This document shows positions 22,703 to 34,730 of a stretch of DNA of 64,000 nucleotides, piece by piece; position 1 is the first letter of the stretch; each line of letters starts with the position of its first letter. The notes under the pieces are model-generated. The model saw only the letters and a list, made by a program, of their open reading frames with translations. It did not search any database and had not been told where the DNA came from. A program made the position numbers and the translations under genes. This DNA is from Podarcis filfolensis (lineage: Eukaryota): the NCBI GenBank assembly GCA_964270895.1, contig OZ185441.1. One strand, written 5' to 3'.

Positions 22703-24653
22703 TACTACACAGCCTTACCTCTTGGAAAGTGAATTTTGGCAAAGCCTCCCATGAGGAACTGGGGGACATGAGGATTTGTACAGGAAGAGACTCTTTGTCC
22801 CAGCAGCTTTTGGCTTCCAAAGCAATAAGCAGCATTAGTGATGGGAGCAAATTCAGCATTCTAGGACTTCAAAGTACGAAAGCCTCCAGTCTGAGCAGTC
22901 TAGGAGCTGACCTCTTCAAATTTGGGTCTTGCTTAAAGCAGGATTCATTTGTCTACCTTCCCTTCCCTTCCCAAGGACCAAAACCAAACCCAACCATTGA
23001 GAGGAGGCAGGGGGTAATCAGCAGTAGAGTTGGCATTTTAGAGAAAAAACAAGGGCTTACTATCCTTCTATTAGCTGGAAAGGATTGTTTCAAACTAGGG
23101 TTCTCTCTCAAACTGAAGCAGCAGGCAGAGATAACTAGAAAACCCATGTTCCCTAGATGTCATTTCCTGCAAGGGAACATGAGGTGGTAGTTCTGTAATT
23201 TGTGTCGCTTATCACTAAAAGTATCGTATATTCTGCTCCCAAACACTCCCCGTTTTTTTGTCCCCCAGTTCTGCCCACTACCATAACGATCCTGCCTCAA
23301 GGTTTAGAATAATGGTTGGAACAGCAGGTACATTTCAAGTACAAAATGCTATTATTATTACTTTTCAGTCAGCTAGCAACAGGCTCAATTCAACCATTTT
23401 CATTTTCTCCTGGCTTGAAACAAGCAAGAGAGTGTCATGATTATCACATGAATCAATCCATCCATTCTCCTCCTCTAATCACTAACTTTTAATTTAATTG
23501 AGTACAAGATTGACTGATTTTAGCAAAATCAACAAATCAGTGTTTGGTACATGCCTCACAAACATTTGATTACCTTACCCTGCTTATTCGGGTACAAAAG
23601 TGTAGCAGAGCAAAGCCCACTTCTTTATTTAACCATAAACGCAAGAGATGAAGGAAGTGGATGCATGGATTTTAAGGCTGTTTCCACCATACTGTGTTAG
23701 ATTATTACAACACACATATAGCTGCAGGAACATATCAATATTCTGGCCATGCAGACAGTGAATGTGCCAATGAAGCTCATGGTCTCTTATTTTTTTTCTT
23801 CGCATATATAACAGAATCCAAGACTCTCTCCATTAATAAAACTAATGTTTTGTAACGTAGAAGTATATTCTTAGGCTCAGGAGCAAAGCATCAGCTAGTG
23901 CTGCCAATTCTGGCCACACAATAAGAAGTGGGGAAGAAGAAGCACAATTACTCTAAAATAAGCATTAAATTGTTTTTGTTCCATCACTGCGGGAAACAGT
24001 CAAGCACAGAAAACACGGTGGGAACAAACCATGCTTGAAGGGCAGGCAGGTATGCCAGGCTGTGATAAAAAACAAACCAGGGAGGCATTAGTCAAGGTAG
24101 GGTGGCTAACTTGTTGGAATCCAGCCCCAGTCAAAAGTTAGGGATGGTAGGGGCAACATCTGGAACGCCACAGGTTAGTGATACCTGCCTTAACTGAAGG
24201 AATGAGCAGTTGGTGGAGAAGGATCTGGGACAGTGGAACAGAAAGGAGCATGTCAGAAAGTGATGGGGGTGGGTGAGAGGGATAAACTTTCTAAACTGGG
24301 GGTGACCTCGATGGTAAAGAGGAAAAAAATGGTGTTAATTTTGAATGAATGAATGAATGAATCTCTTTCTTCACCATCAAAGTCACCCCAGCAAAATTAG
24401 TAGAATCTAATTATGAGTGTTTTGTGGGGAAATGGATGTCTTTTTTGGATTGCTTAAATAATGATAATAGCATGATGAACATGAGTAGAATTTGAGCTAT
24501 GAGCATCAGAAGTAATTGATTATAATACATAGTGGTTCTGATTAAAAGATAAAAGATAGGGTGCAGCAAAAGGGGAGAAACAATAACTCCATGGAAAAAA
24601 GGGTGGGAAGCTGACAAAAATAAGAGACAAAATGAAATTGTGTTTTGATTGTA

Positions 24654-24865
24654 CAGTGGTATCTTGGATTACAGACGCTTCAGGTTACAGACTCCACTAA
24701 CCCAGAAATAGTACCTCGGGTTAAGAACTTTGCTTCAGGATGAGAACAGAAATCGCGCGGCAGTGGGAGGCCCCATTAGCTAAACTGGTACCTCAGGTCA
24801 AGAACAGTTTCAGGTTAAGAACGGACCTCCAGAACGAATTAAGTTCTTAACCAGAGGTACCACTG
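24654..24865 (-). mobile_element. Tigger/pogo-like MITE, 212 bp
   Basis: TIRs plus TA flanks; shorter central GC segment. Confidence 0.9.
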
Positions 24866-26456
24866 TATATGTAAAAAATGCTGAAACTAAGAAAGAAAGA
24901 CAGAAAGCTGTTAAGTCAACCAGGAGAGCAAAACAAAACAATGGTGGGAAAGGTTGCAGAAAAATTCAGTGAGCAGAGAAGTAGATGGGGGGGGGGAACT
25001 TTCCCCATGAAACATACTCTTTGTGAAAAATAGGCAGGTGGAAGGAAGCCAGGGAGGCAGACTAAGGTTTAAGTAGAGGGCAAACTTTGCTCCCTAGAAT
25101 AAATGTTAATTCCCCAAGGGCAAGAGCAGCATTAGAAAATCTGAGTGTAATGAACCCCACATGGACTCATTAAAAAGAAAGTGAAATGGAATCAAGTCCT
25201 GCTCCTTGATTATCGTGTCTTTGTGGGTTGTTAGAAAAAGAAACTGAGAAGTCAAGTCAGATTTAGTAACTGTGGTAACTATCAATGTCTTTGTACAAGA
25301 GATGCATCGAAGTCTCAAGTTACATGGCCTCAGATTTGCCATTCTTACCCATTTCCGATATGATGCGTTGTGCCTACTAAGGCTTAAGTAATTTATACAA
25401 TCAAGATATTACAAATGGGACCTGCAACAAAATTTTTCAGTGTGGAGTGCTCCTGTTCAGGTTCCAGAAGATAACTTTTCAGGTTATTTCTTCTCTCCTG
25501 TTTTCTATTCCTCTCCCAAGAGTTAGTCAGCTTTTCATGGCAATAAGTTCAGTCCTGAATGGACTGTTTTTGCAAGTTACCTGTGGGGTAACTGCAAAAC
25601 TGCTGGTACTTTGCTCCTGGGTTTGTATGACACTATTTTGGCTACATAAGGATTCATGCTTGGAGAATGAGTTTGTGACTGGTGTATATGGTTCAAGTAC
25701 ATTTTAGTCAGAGCTCTACCTGAAGCTCAGTGATGGACTTATCATGGACAAAAGGAGAAGAGAAATCATTGCCCAAAGTGTTATGTACTGTTTCTTTAAC
25801 TACCTTTCAGCTGCAAATATAACGTTCGAGTGTGACACTCCAAGGCAACAACTGGCACAAAGCCCGAAGCTTCAGAGAAATGAATATGGGCTGCGTATCT
25901 CTGGATGATTTATTGGTGCACAACAGTTGCACTAAATTAGAATCAAAGTACAATTTGTTAGAAGACGTGTCTGCAGCTTTGCAGCTAAGCTCTGCTTGCC
26001 CTTGTGAATACCCTTTGCAATAAAAGTCCTACTTAGACCTATACCGCAGACAAATCAAGTTTATTTCTCGTGGATAAAAATATTGACTTTATAATACGGA
26101 TTTTATAAAATGGACCCTCTCCAAGCAACTGCAGCTCATCGTGGTTCTGGGAGCTGTCTTCCAACCCTTTCTCTGGATTGCCTCTGTCACCCATTCTTGT
26201 GACTTGTAAGTCACCCTAAAACAGCTTTGATCAGGTGGGATATTAGTGCAGTAGATTAAAAAAACCAACCCATCTAAAATAAAAGAAGATGTTTCCAATG
26301 ATGTAAACACATTCTCAACTATGGGCTAGGCTAAATCCCCCAAAAATTATATAGGTAGTTTTCAAAATCCCAATCCCAAAATTGCATTCTGGTGACATAC
26401 CCTGAGAGAAGAATCAGGAAGTGTGGAGTAAACTATCATAACCATTGTGGCAGTGG

Positions 26457-26459
<3 letters not shown>

Positions 26460-26536
<77 letters not shown>
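26460..26536. repeat. Compound (AT)n-(AG)n microsatellite
   Basis: Read directly from the sequence. Confidence 0.95.
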
Positions 26537-26806
26537 TTAGATCTGTTTGCTTTTTACACAGTTTAGCCACAGTACAACTGCAGTTGCATGAATCTAGCCA
26601 TGCTCAACAGCTACTAGTCCTGGACACATATTCCAATCTGCACCAAAAGGCACATCTGGCCGACTTAATAGAGCCCCAAATCTTTATTAGCTGCAGATAT
26701 AAAAGTTGGTTTCTCCATTTCAGGATAGGAATGTCTGGATAAAGCATCTCAAGTGTCATCTTTTTGCTATGTATGCATGTGTCCCCATCTTAATCTAGTG
26801 AACTTT

Positions 26807-26937
26807 NNNNNNNNNNNNNNNNNNNNNNNNNNNNNNNNNNNNNNNNNNNNNNNNNNNNNNNNNNNNNNNNNNNNNNNNNNNNNNNNNNNNNNNNNNNNNN
26901 NNNNNNNNNNNNNNNNNNNNNNNNNNNNNNNNNNNNN
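26807..26937. other. Assembly gap (131 N)
   Basis: Run of N. Confidence 1.
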
Positions 26938-27035
26938 TGATTAAAATTGGTACATAAGGAACAGCATAGCTCACACAGTGTCCTTTAAAACAGTAACATT
27001 AAATATTATATACACACACAGAGAGGGACACAGAC

Positions 27036-27083
27036 AAACAACAAACAAACAAACAAACAAACAAACAAACAAACAAACAAACA
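27036..27083. repeat. (CAAA)n microsatellite
   Basis: Read directly from the sequence. Confidence 0.95.
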
Positions 27084-28535
27084 CAAAGCCTTCCAGTCAA
27101 CAGCAGGTACAGTCTATATCCAGCTGAAACACATTGAAAAGCACCCAATGTACCTGTATTACAAAGCAATCCTAACTATAGGAACCTGGCATAAATTATG
27201 CTGGCATAAATTACACCTACTCCAAACTCAGTTCAAGAGGAATTTGGAGGAATTTGATTTAGACCACCCTTCCTGCCCACTAAGGTCTGCCAGGCTGCTA
27301 GGTCACATGACCAAGCTGAAAGGGAGCTAGGATAGGGGTAAATTTACCCTTGCTCTGTACTGCCCCTGCAACACTCCTGGACCACTCTTTGAAGACTCAT
27401 GCTGCCATATATTCTGCCAGTTTAAGTTCTGCCAGCCGAGCCTTGGCTGAGTCCCAGTTGAGCCAGAGTGAACAATTTGCATTGTCATTATCGCCAACAA
27501 ATCTGGGATGAGGGATTTAAGTCAGTGCAGCCCTAGCTGAACCCTGGCCTAGACAGGAAAGCCCAATCTACCAAATCCAAACTCATCCCAGTGGATCTTA
27601 GGTTTGGATTGTGCTGTTAGGCTGTTCTACGTTGTTCTACTATGAATCAACAATATTTCAATTGTTTATATCAAGAATTATTAAAGAAATGTATAAATAA
27701 TAGCAACTTGTATAGAGTCCATCATATTGCTGATATACGCAGTAGAATTGCAAATGGATTTCACACAAAAAACGTGGGGGCAGGGAAAATATGGATGTTT
27801 ACATTCAAATAAAACTGGCAACAAAATATGAGGGAAACCAAATGGATTTTTATAAGAAGAGAAGTTTTCAGGGGAGGGGTTGTATCCCCCCAAACGCTAC
27901 AGAATTTAAAGTGCTGTCCAGGGTAGATGTGGAGGTTCCGAAAAACATCAAAGGAATTTTGAGTGAGGCTGAAAGAATTCAGATAAGACTAAAAAAAAAA
28001 ATAATTCTCCAGGGATTTTAGGCAGCAGCTAATATCACTTCAGCCAGTGATCATAAACTTATCTCAAGTTTTTTGCACTGTAAGAAGAGCTATCCTGAAT
28101 TTTGCACTCAAGATTTATTTAAAGCAGATGCGAGCTTACGCTAAAAGGAAAAAGAAAAACTACTTTTGTGCTTTTTATGTTGTTACATTATTTTACATTA
28201 TATTGTTATTAGTAATTTTAGACTCTATCTAGAACTTCAGTATGCTGCTGCTTTTATGCAATTTTAGGCTTTCTTTTATGTTCATTATAGCACTCTTCAG
28301 GCAATCCACTCACTTGTAAAACCAACACATGAATTAAGAGACTGAGGATGAGAGCATTAAGCTCTCCTGCCTTCTATTACCCCATCCTCCATGACTTGGA
28401 GGATCAACTTCTGAAGCAAGGGGAGCTCTTTCCATGATTTATAATCCTGATATTCCCAGGTTCCAAACTTGGTGGGGAGGTGTATCTGCAAGTACAAAAG
28501 GTTTCCCTCTTCTGAAGTTTACCTTCCAATTAATA

Positions 28536-28777
28536 CAGTGGTACCTTGGGTTAAGAACCTAATTCGTTCCGGAGGTCCGTTCTTAACCTGAAACTGTTCT
28601 TAACCTGAGACACCACTTTAGCTAATGGGGCCTCCCACAGCCACCGCACCACCACAGTGCAATTTCTGTTCTCATCCTGAAGCAAAGTTCTTAACCCAAG
28701 GTACTATTTCTGGGTTAGCAGAGTCTGTAACCTGAAGCATCTGTAACCTGAAGCATCTGTAACCCAAGGTACCACTC
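28536..28777 (+). mobile_element. Tigger/pogo-like MITE, 242 bp
   Basis: TIRs (right terminal G changed to C) and TA flanks. Confidence 0.9.
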
Positions 28778-29409
28778 TAGAGGATAATGTGATGGGGGAG
28801 GATCTTAATGTGCTTATCTCTGCTCACATCTTGGTTTTATACAGTAGATTAGAATGCCTGAAGGCTTCTTAGATGAACCCTGAGTCATATCACTCAACCT
28901 AATGGTATAGCCAGCCATAGGTGTGTGCTCCAGTTACCTGGAAAACTGGACCAGTGCTACCTGTTTTGCAGCAGTTTCAACAATGAACATAGTGTGGAAA
29001 AATGCTGAGCATTGTCTTTGTTGCCTTTGGAAGGCAACACTTCCCCACTCCTTTGAACCCTCTCTTCAAAGTTGACACTCCGTTTAAACTCAGCCTGGCT
29101 GAAACATTTTTGTGTGTGATAAACATATGGCAAAGCCCTTCTAATCTCACCTTTCTTTACAAGTGCTCTTATAAATACATTATAGCAATGGAGGAGCCCA
29201 ACCCTGATGCTTATGCTAACTTATATTCATGAACAACATCACAGAGAGGCGGTTCTGTACAATGTAATGAGAGATATGGAACTCTGTATTAATAGCTTTC
29301 AGCATGCTTTAATGAGCAGGGTTGTGTTGTTTTAAGTGCTTAAAGTCCATGCACAACAAATCATGCAATCAGCTTGCACAAAACTGCCTCTGCATGTGGC
29401 ATAGGAGTT

Positions 29410-30190
29410 AATCAATTGAGGCTCAATCAGGACAAAATAGAGGCACAACTAATCAATATACAGCTAATGCTGGATTTAGATAACAGCATGTTATGGATGG
29501 AGTTCCACTAAGGGATCCATCTAAAGGATCAAGTTTTCAATTTGGGGGTACCGTTTGACCCCCTGCAACTGCTGAAAGGCCAGATGGCTGTTTTGACCAG
29601 GATAGACTGTGCTTAGCATCAGTTGGTGTGCCAGCTGGGCCAAGAAAGCAGATGTGGCTACAGTGATCCATGCCTTATTTACCTGTAATTTGGAATACTA
29701 CAATGTGTTCTACATGGGACTGATCCTGAAGAGTAATCAAAAGCTTCAGCTTGAGCAGACTGTTTTCAGGCTGGTGCTTTATGGACCATATGACACCAGT
29801 CTAGAATCATCTACACTGGCTTCCAATTTGTTCCTAAGCACAATTCAAGGAGCCGGTTCTCACCTATAACTGAGTTGGGGCCAGAATAACTGGAAGAACT
29901 TCTTCTCCCATGTCAACCTGTCCAAAATTCATGGTCATCATTAGAGGCACCTGATGTGTGACTCCTCCACCCTCCCACCAAGAGAGGCTAAGTTGGTCCA
30001 TACTTGGGACAGGGTATTTTCTACAGTAGTGCTCTGATTGTGAAATCAGATTAGTCCCATCTTTGCCTAGCTTTAGGCAGGCTGTAAACACTGCTTTGGT
30101 GCACCTGTCTCTTGAAGAGTTTTAGATTCCATTCTGAGAATTGTTTGAATGATGGTTCTGGTGGTTTCGATATTGTTTTGTATTGGTTTT
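29410..30190 (+). mobile_element. Old L2 LINE 3' fragment
   Basis: Degenerate LRLNQDK.E and DVATVIHALFTCNLEYYNVFYMGL.LK..QKLQL, homologous to the L2 at 17185-18560. Confidence 0.75.
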
Positions 30191-31378
30191 AATCATTGTG
30201 TATACTCTTGAGGGCAGAAAGGCAATTCATAAACACATTCAATACATGCTTTAAAAAGGGTTTGAAGTCAGCATGATCAGCAGCTGCCATGGAGGTGGTT
30301 GTGAGGATCAGGTTAATAATCAACTATAGACATCACATATTGGTAATAATTTCATGCTACATCTGACATAGAAGTTCCCCTCAGCCCACCGCTCTTCTTT
30401 CCCTAGGAAACCCAATTTCTTTCTATATTGTATTCTATACATATTGATTCTATCTCTGATTCATACAAGTAACTGGTGTATACCAATAAACTATCATGGA
30501 TTCTTCCAAAGAATTCTAAGAATTGTTTAAAGAAGGTGTTGAGAAGTCTTTGTGAAAGTCTCCTAATCCTCTCCACAGATCTGCAGTCCCCAGATTCCTC
30601 AGGGCAGGAGAATAACAGACAAATTTAAGTCTGTGGAGAAAATAAGCTCTATGTTCTTTTCTAGCTCATCATAGACCATAACTGAGTAAACAATTGTTTA
30701 ATATGCCTTCCTTCCTCAAGGTAATTGGCAAATGCCAACACCACCTAATAATTCCCCGCCATTTGAGCAATTGGCTCTGAAATTTATTTTAACTTCTTTC
30801 CTTATTTGTTCTCATAATCATAGAGCCTAGAAATTTAAATTCATGCGTGGTTCATTTTCTAAATTGAAGGTGTTCCTTCTTGCCTTGTTGTTCCCACAAC
30901 TCCTATAATCTGTCTTGTCTGTATCGATCGATCTCTCTTCTAATAACATCTTCTACCTGCTTGGAAGCTCTTGCAATTCCTGTTTCTCTACACTGCATAG
31001 TGCAATGTCATCTGTAAATATCACTTTCTGTGATGCATTTGTTTAGATCTGTGAGGTTAGCCCATTTATCACTGTGATGAACAGACAAAGACTTAGTGAT
31101 GATCCTTTTATGGACTCTTACTTGATCTGAGAACATCCTGAACTTACCACATCCGGGTTCAGAATACCAATGAACTCTCACTATGAACAATCTGCCTCGG
31201 TGTGAAATGTGCTGTAACTCAGTGGCAGAGAACTTTATGTGCATGCATAAGTTCCCAGGTTCATTCACCAGTTTGGTTGGGAAGAACCCTTTCTGAAAGC
31301 CTGGAAAGCTGCAGACAATACTGAGCTAGATGGTCTGATCCAACCTACTCAGTGTAAGGCAGCTTCCTGGAATCCTAC

Positions 31379-31880
31379 TTGTTGCTGGCATCCACCCGTC
31401 TCAAGAGACAATGGAGCTTGCCACCAGGGGTGAAGTCAAACCACTGCATTAGCAGCACTGAAGTGATGTCCCTGGGGTGCAAACCTAGGCAGTATGTATG
31501 GAGGTCCAGAGCTGGCTGAAGGACAATACCCCCTCTTGGCTTCACTGATGTGGTCCAAAGGAAAGCAGAACAATATGTTTGGCACCAGCTGCAGGAGTTG
31601 CCAGAAGAAGGTGTATAAGACACCATCCAACCATCTTGGGGACTCCACTCCAGATTTATGTAGTGTTTATTCCTTAGCCTTTTCTTTCCCCAAAGATGCC
31701 CTGCAAGGCAGCGGAGGTTTAGGAGCAGAGTATTTCTTCTCCTACATGGGTTACCTAACCAGGTTGAGGAGCCCCATCTGCCTTTCACTTCCCTCTACAG
31801 TATGTACAGAAACCACCTTCTTGACCACTGGACATGCTATTGAACTCATACACTCAATCTGCTGCAGCCTGTCTGCATGC
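31379..31880 (-). mobile_element. Probable RTE-derived non-autonomous retroelement
   Basis: Minus strand has an RTE-like 5' segment (GGAGAAGAAATACTCTG..AAACCTCCGCTGCCTTGC) and ends CATTGTCTCTTGAGACGGGTGGATGCCAGCAACAA, an RTE-type 3' end. No RT lies between them. Family assignment is from recall. Confidence 0.55.
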
Positions 31881-32614
31881 TGTGAGTCAGAAGAGAGGAA
31901 GTACACTGTTACATAATGCAGCTGAAATAACAGTTATTGTATTCTCCAGCTATTGTCATAGGATTCAAAGAGCCAAAGGCAGAAAATCCAGCAGGAGCAG
32001 CCTGCAATGTAGCCTAAGATCTCAATATCACACTTGTGGGGTGCAGCATTCCTATAGACAGGCTCTCTTCTCATTGTGAATATACCATAGTAAACTTTAC
32101 TTTTTTTCTGAAGTGGAGTGAGATAATAAAAACTCAAAAGACAGTGAGAGGTCACAAAATTATTACCGGGGGGTGGGGTGGGGTAGACACATCAACAACA
32201 CATATTCTTCACCATAATTTCTATTCAAGACACTCTTCAGGAAGTGTGATGTTGGCACATCCACTTTTACACAGCAATTGGACCAGCAATTATAGGAGGA
32301 CGAATTGAATTCTCTCAGCATTCCAACGATAATACTCAGTTTCTTTGAAAATGCAATCACCACAGAAGAGATGTGCTATCTCGACAGACAACGTCTAGAA
32401 ATGAATAGCTAACATCACTGCATTTGCTGCTACCCATGGCACTTAATTTCTAGAAAAAAGTACTCTTGTTGGGTTCAAGTATGTCTGGAGATGCCAACTT
32501 TACATTCTTCTCTGCAGTTCCAGATATATGGGGACTCTCTACAGCAGTGAAATAAATCATTTTTGTGCTTACTGGGGGGCTGGGGAGTGCATATAACCTA
32601 TTGTTACTTTACTT

Positions 32615-33210
32615 GGCTCCATCCACACTACACATTTAAAGCAGTACCACTTTAAACAGTTGTGGCTTCCCCCAAAGAATCCTGGGGACTGTAGTTTGTA
32701 AAGCTACAGTTCTCGGAGTTATTGGAGAGAGGAATTGACAGAGAATTGTAGCTCCGTAAGGGAAATGCAGGTGGCGCTGTGGGTTAAATCACTGTGCCAC
32801 TTGGGCTTGCCGATCGAAAGGTCAGCGGTACGAATCCCCATGACGGGGAGAGCTCCTGTTGTTCGGTCCCAGCTCCTGCCAACCTAGCAGTTCAAAAGTA
32901 TGCCAGTGCAAGTAGCTAAATAGGTACCGCTCCAGCAGGAAGGTACAAAGCATTTCCATGCACTGCTCTGGTTTCGCCAGAAGCGGCTTAGTCATGCTGG
33001 CCACATGACCAGGAAAAACTGTGCGGAAGAGGACAAATGCCAGCTCCCTCAGCTTTTAAAGCGAGATGAGCACCGCAACCCCAGAGTCATTCACGACTGG
33101 ACTTAATTGTCAGGGGTCCCTTTACCTTTACCTTTAAGGGGAACGTAGTCTTCTAACAATTCTTGGTACCTTTAACAAACCATAGTTCCCAGGATTAACC
33201 AAGACTGTTT
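32615..33210. mobile_element. Palindromic MITE remnant interrupted by a Sauria SINE
   Basis: Left arm (CATTTAAA..TTTAAACAG..AATCCTGGG.ACTGTAGTTTG) is the approximate reverse complement of the right arm (AAACCATAGTTCCCAGGATT..CTGTTTAAATGT). Confidence 0.6.
32762..33135 (+). mobile_element. Sauria SINE (long variant, divergent)
   Basis: Head and (ACCTTT)n tail present; imperfect TSD TAAGGG(G)AA. Confidence 0.92.
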
Positions 33211-33566
33211 AAATGTACACTCCAGGCGCAGCACATGCTCCACAGCGAAGCCCTGTCAGATCATTGTGAAAGGCCTGATAAGCGCCAGTAAACAACAACA
33301 AGAAGAACAATTTGATTATTTGTACTCCGCCCATCTGGCTCAGTTTCCCCAGCCACTCTGAGGAAGCTAACCTTCCCACTCCTTGGTAGCTGGATTTACT
33401 GGATAGAATCACATTACCACTACTCTCCCATTATGATGTCATTGTTTTAAAAGAAAACCATGCTTTTATCTGAAGGTACACTAGCTGGAACTAAGCAGGT
33501 CTAAGCCTACTCATTGCCTAGATGGGTGAATAGCATCTGGGTGATCATACATGTATGCCACCTTGG

Positions 33567-33729
33567 NNNNNNNNNNNNNNNNNNNNNNNNNNNNNNNNNN
33601 NNNNNNNNNNNNNNNNNNNNNNNNNNNNNNNNNNNNNNNNNNNNNNNNNNNNNNNNNNNNNNNNNNNNNNNNNNNNNNNNNNNNNNNNNNNNNNNNNNNN
33701 NNNNNNNNNNNNNNNNNNNNNNNNNNNNN
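33567..33729. other. Assembly gap (163 N)
   Basis: Run of N. Confidence 1.
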
Positions 33730-34479
33730 TGAATGGAGCCTGGTAAAAGATTCAGCATGACCCACTTTCCTTTCCTCAGCCACTAAACCTTCAATAAACC
33801 CATGATGCTTCTGCCCTGGAGCCCTGGAGCAAAACAAGGCTGGCTGGACTGAACTATAGGTCCATCACAGTCCTCCCACTCCTAATGTAAAGTTTGGCTA
33901 GAAACATCACAGTAAGTGCATTCACACTATGCACATGTGATGAAGCACTGGAAGAGGAGGAGTCAAAGGGCTCCACTATATGCAGTGGGGAATCTCTCCT
34001 AAGTTCACAGGTATTCACACATGGAGATCCACACACATGAAGGAATTAATCATGTTGCTAAGCCCATCCCTTACCACCAGGCAGTGCGACAATCTGATTA
34101 AAGAGTGACAAATGGTCAATCATTTAGTTCATTCATTCTCACTATATATATTTTTATCATTTCAATTTTCCATCTTAGGCCCTCTCTGCTTATTACTGTT
34201 TTCTTTGTTTTGCTTTTCGTCTTGGGAATGGCTGGGAAGTTCAAAAGATAAATGTGCAAGAAGTGTCAATTTAATACGGAACCTACCACATTACAACTAA
34301 TACACCCTCCCACTGCCCCTGTTTCAGAAGGAGGCTGGTGGGGTGGGTTGTCAGGAAAGAGATGAAATACATAATCACTGCATGTGAAACCAAGGAGCAC
34401 CTGGGAGCCACAGTGTTTTGGTGCCTCTTGGTATTGCTGATCAACAGTTAACAAAAAAAACGGCATTGAAGGGGGCATT

Positions 34480-34730
34480 TGACTGAATGTATGAAGATCA
34501 GGAACCTTATGATATCAGGGTTCCTAATCACAAGGAGATGGCTAAGCAGGTCCAGCCAGTTGGACTTAGAAGCCCTCTTCAGAATTAAAGTGGGTCAGGA
34601 TGAGGACATTGTAGTTGGAGCACTCTGTGTGTTCTTCCATCTCCCCTCCAACAGGGCTAATCTTATAAGGAACCACAAATGTGTTTTTCCAAGTTCTTCC
34701 ATGACTTTTTTTGTCCATTTCTTCTGTAAG
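34480..34730 (-). mobile_element. Highly degraded CR1-like endonuclease fragment
   Basis: Minus frame ..FVVPYKISP..EEHTE..VLILTHFN resembles APE VGVYYRPP..DE..LVLMGDFN. Confidence 0.35.

Noticed and set aside
22719-22860. Minus-strand exon-like segment (NAEFAPITNAAYCFGSQKLL...)
   Set aside because: The donor is good but the acceptor is weak, two frames are open and I recognise no homology. It cannot be distinguished from background.
22729-23190. 153-aa + strand ORF
   Set aside because: It starts at a TTG/GTG-type codon, has no recognisable domain and no convincing flanking splice sites. The antisense frames are also partly open, so it is compatible with chance.
26753-26944. ORFs spanning N runs (also 33507-33837)
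   Set aside because: Artefacts of translating assembly gaps.
31494-31916. 140-aa ORF with a CxxC motif (and overlapping minus ORFs)
   Set aside because: It lies within the GC-rich RTE-derived element; there is no evidence of a host gene.
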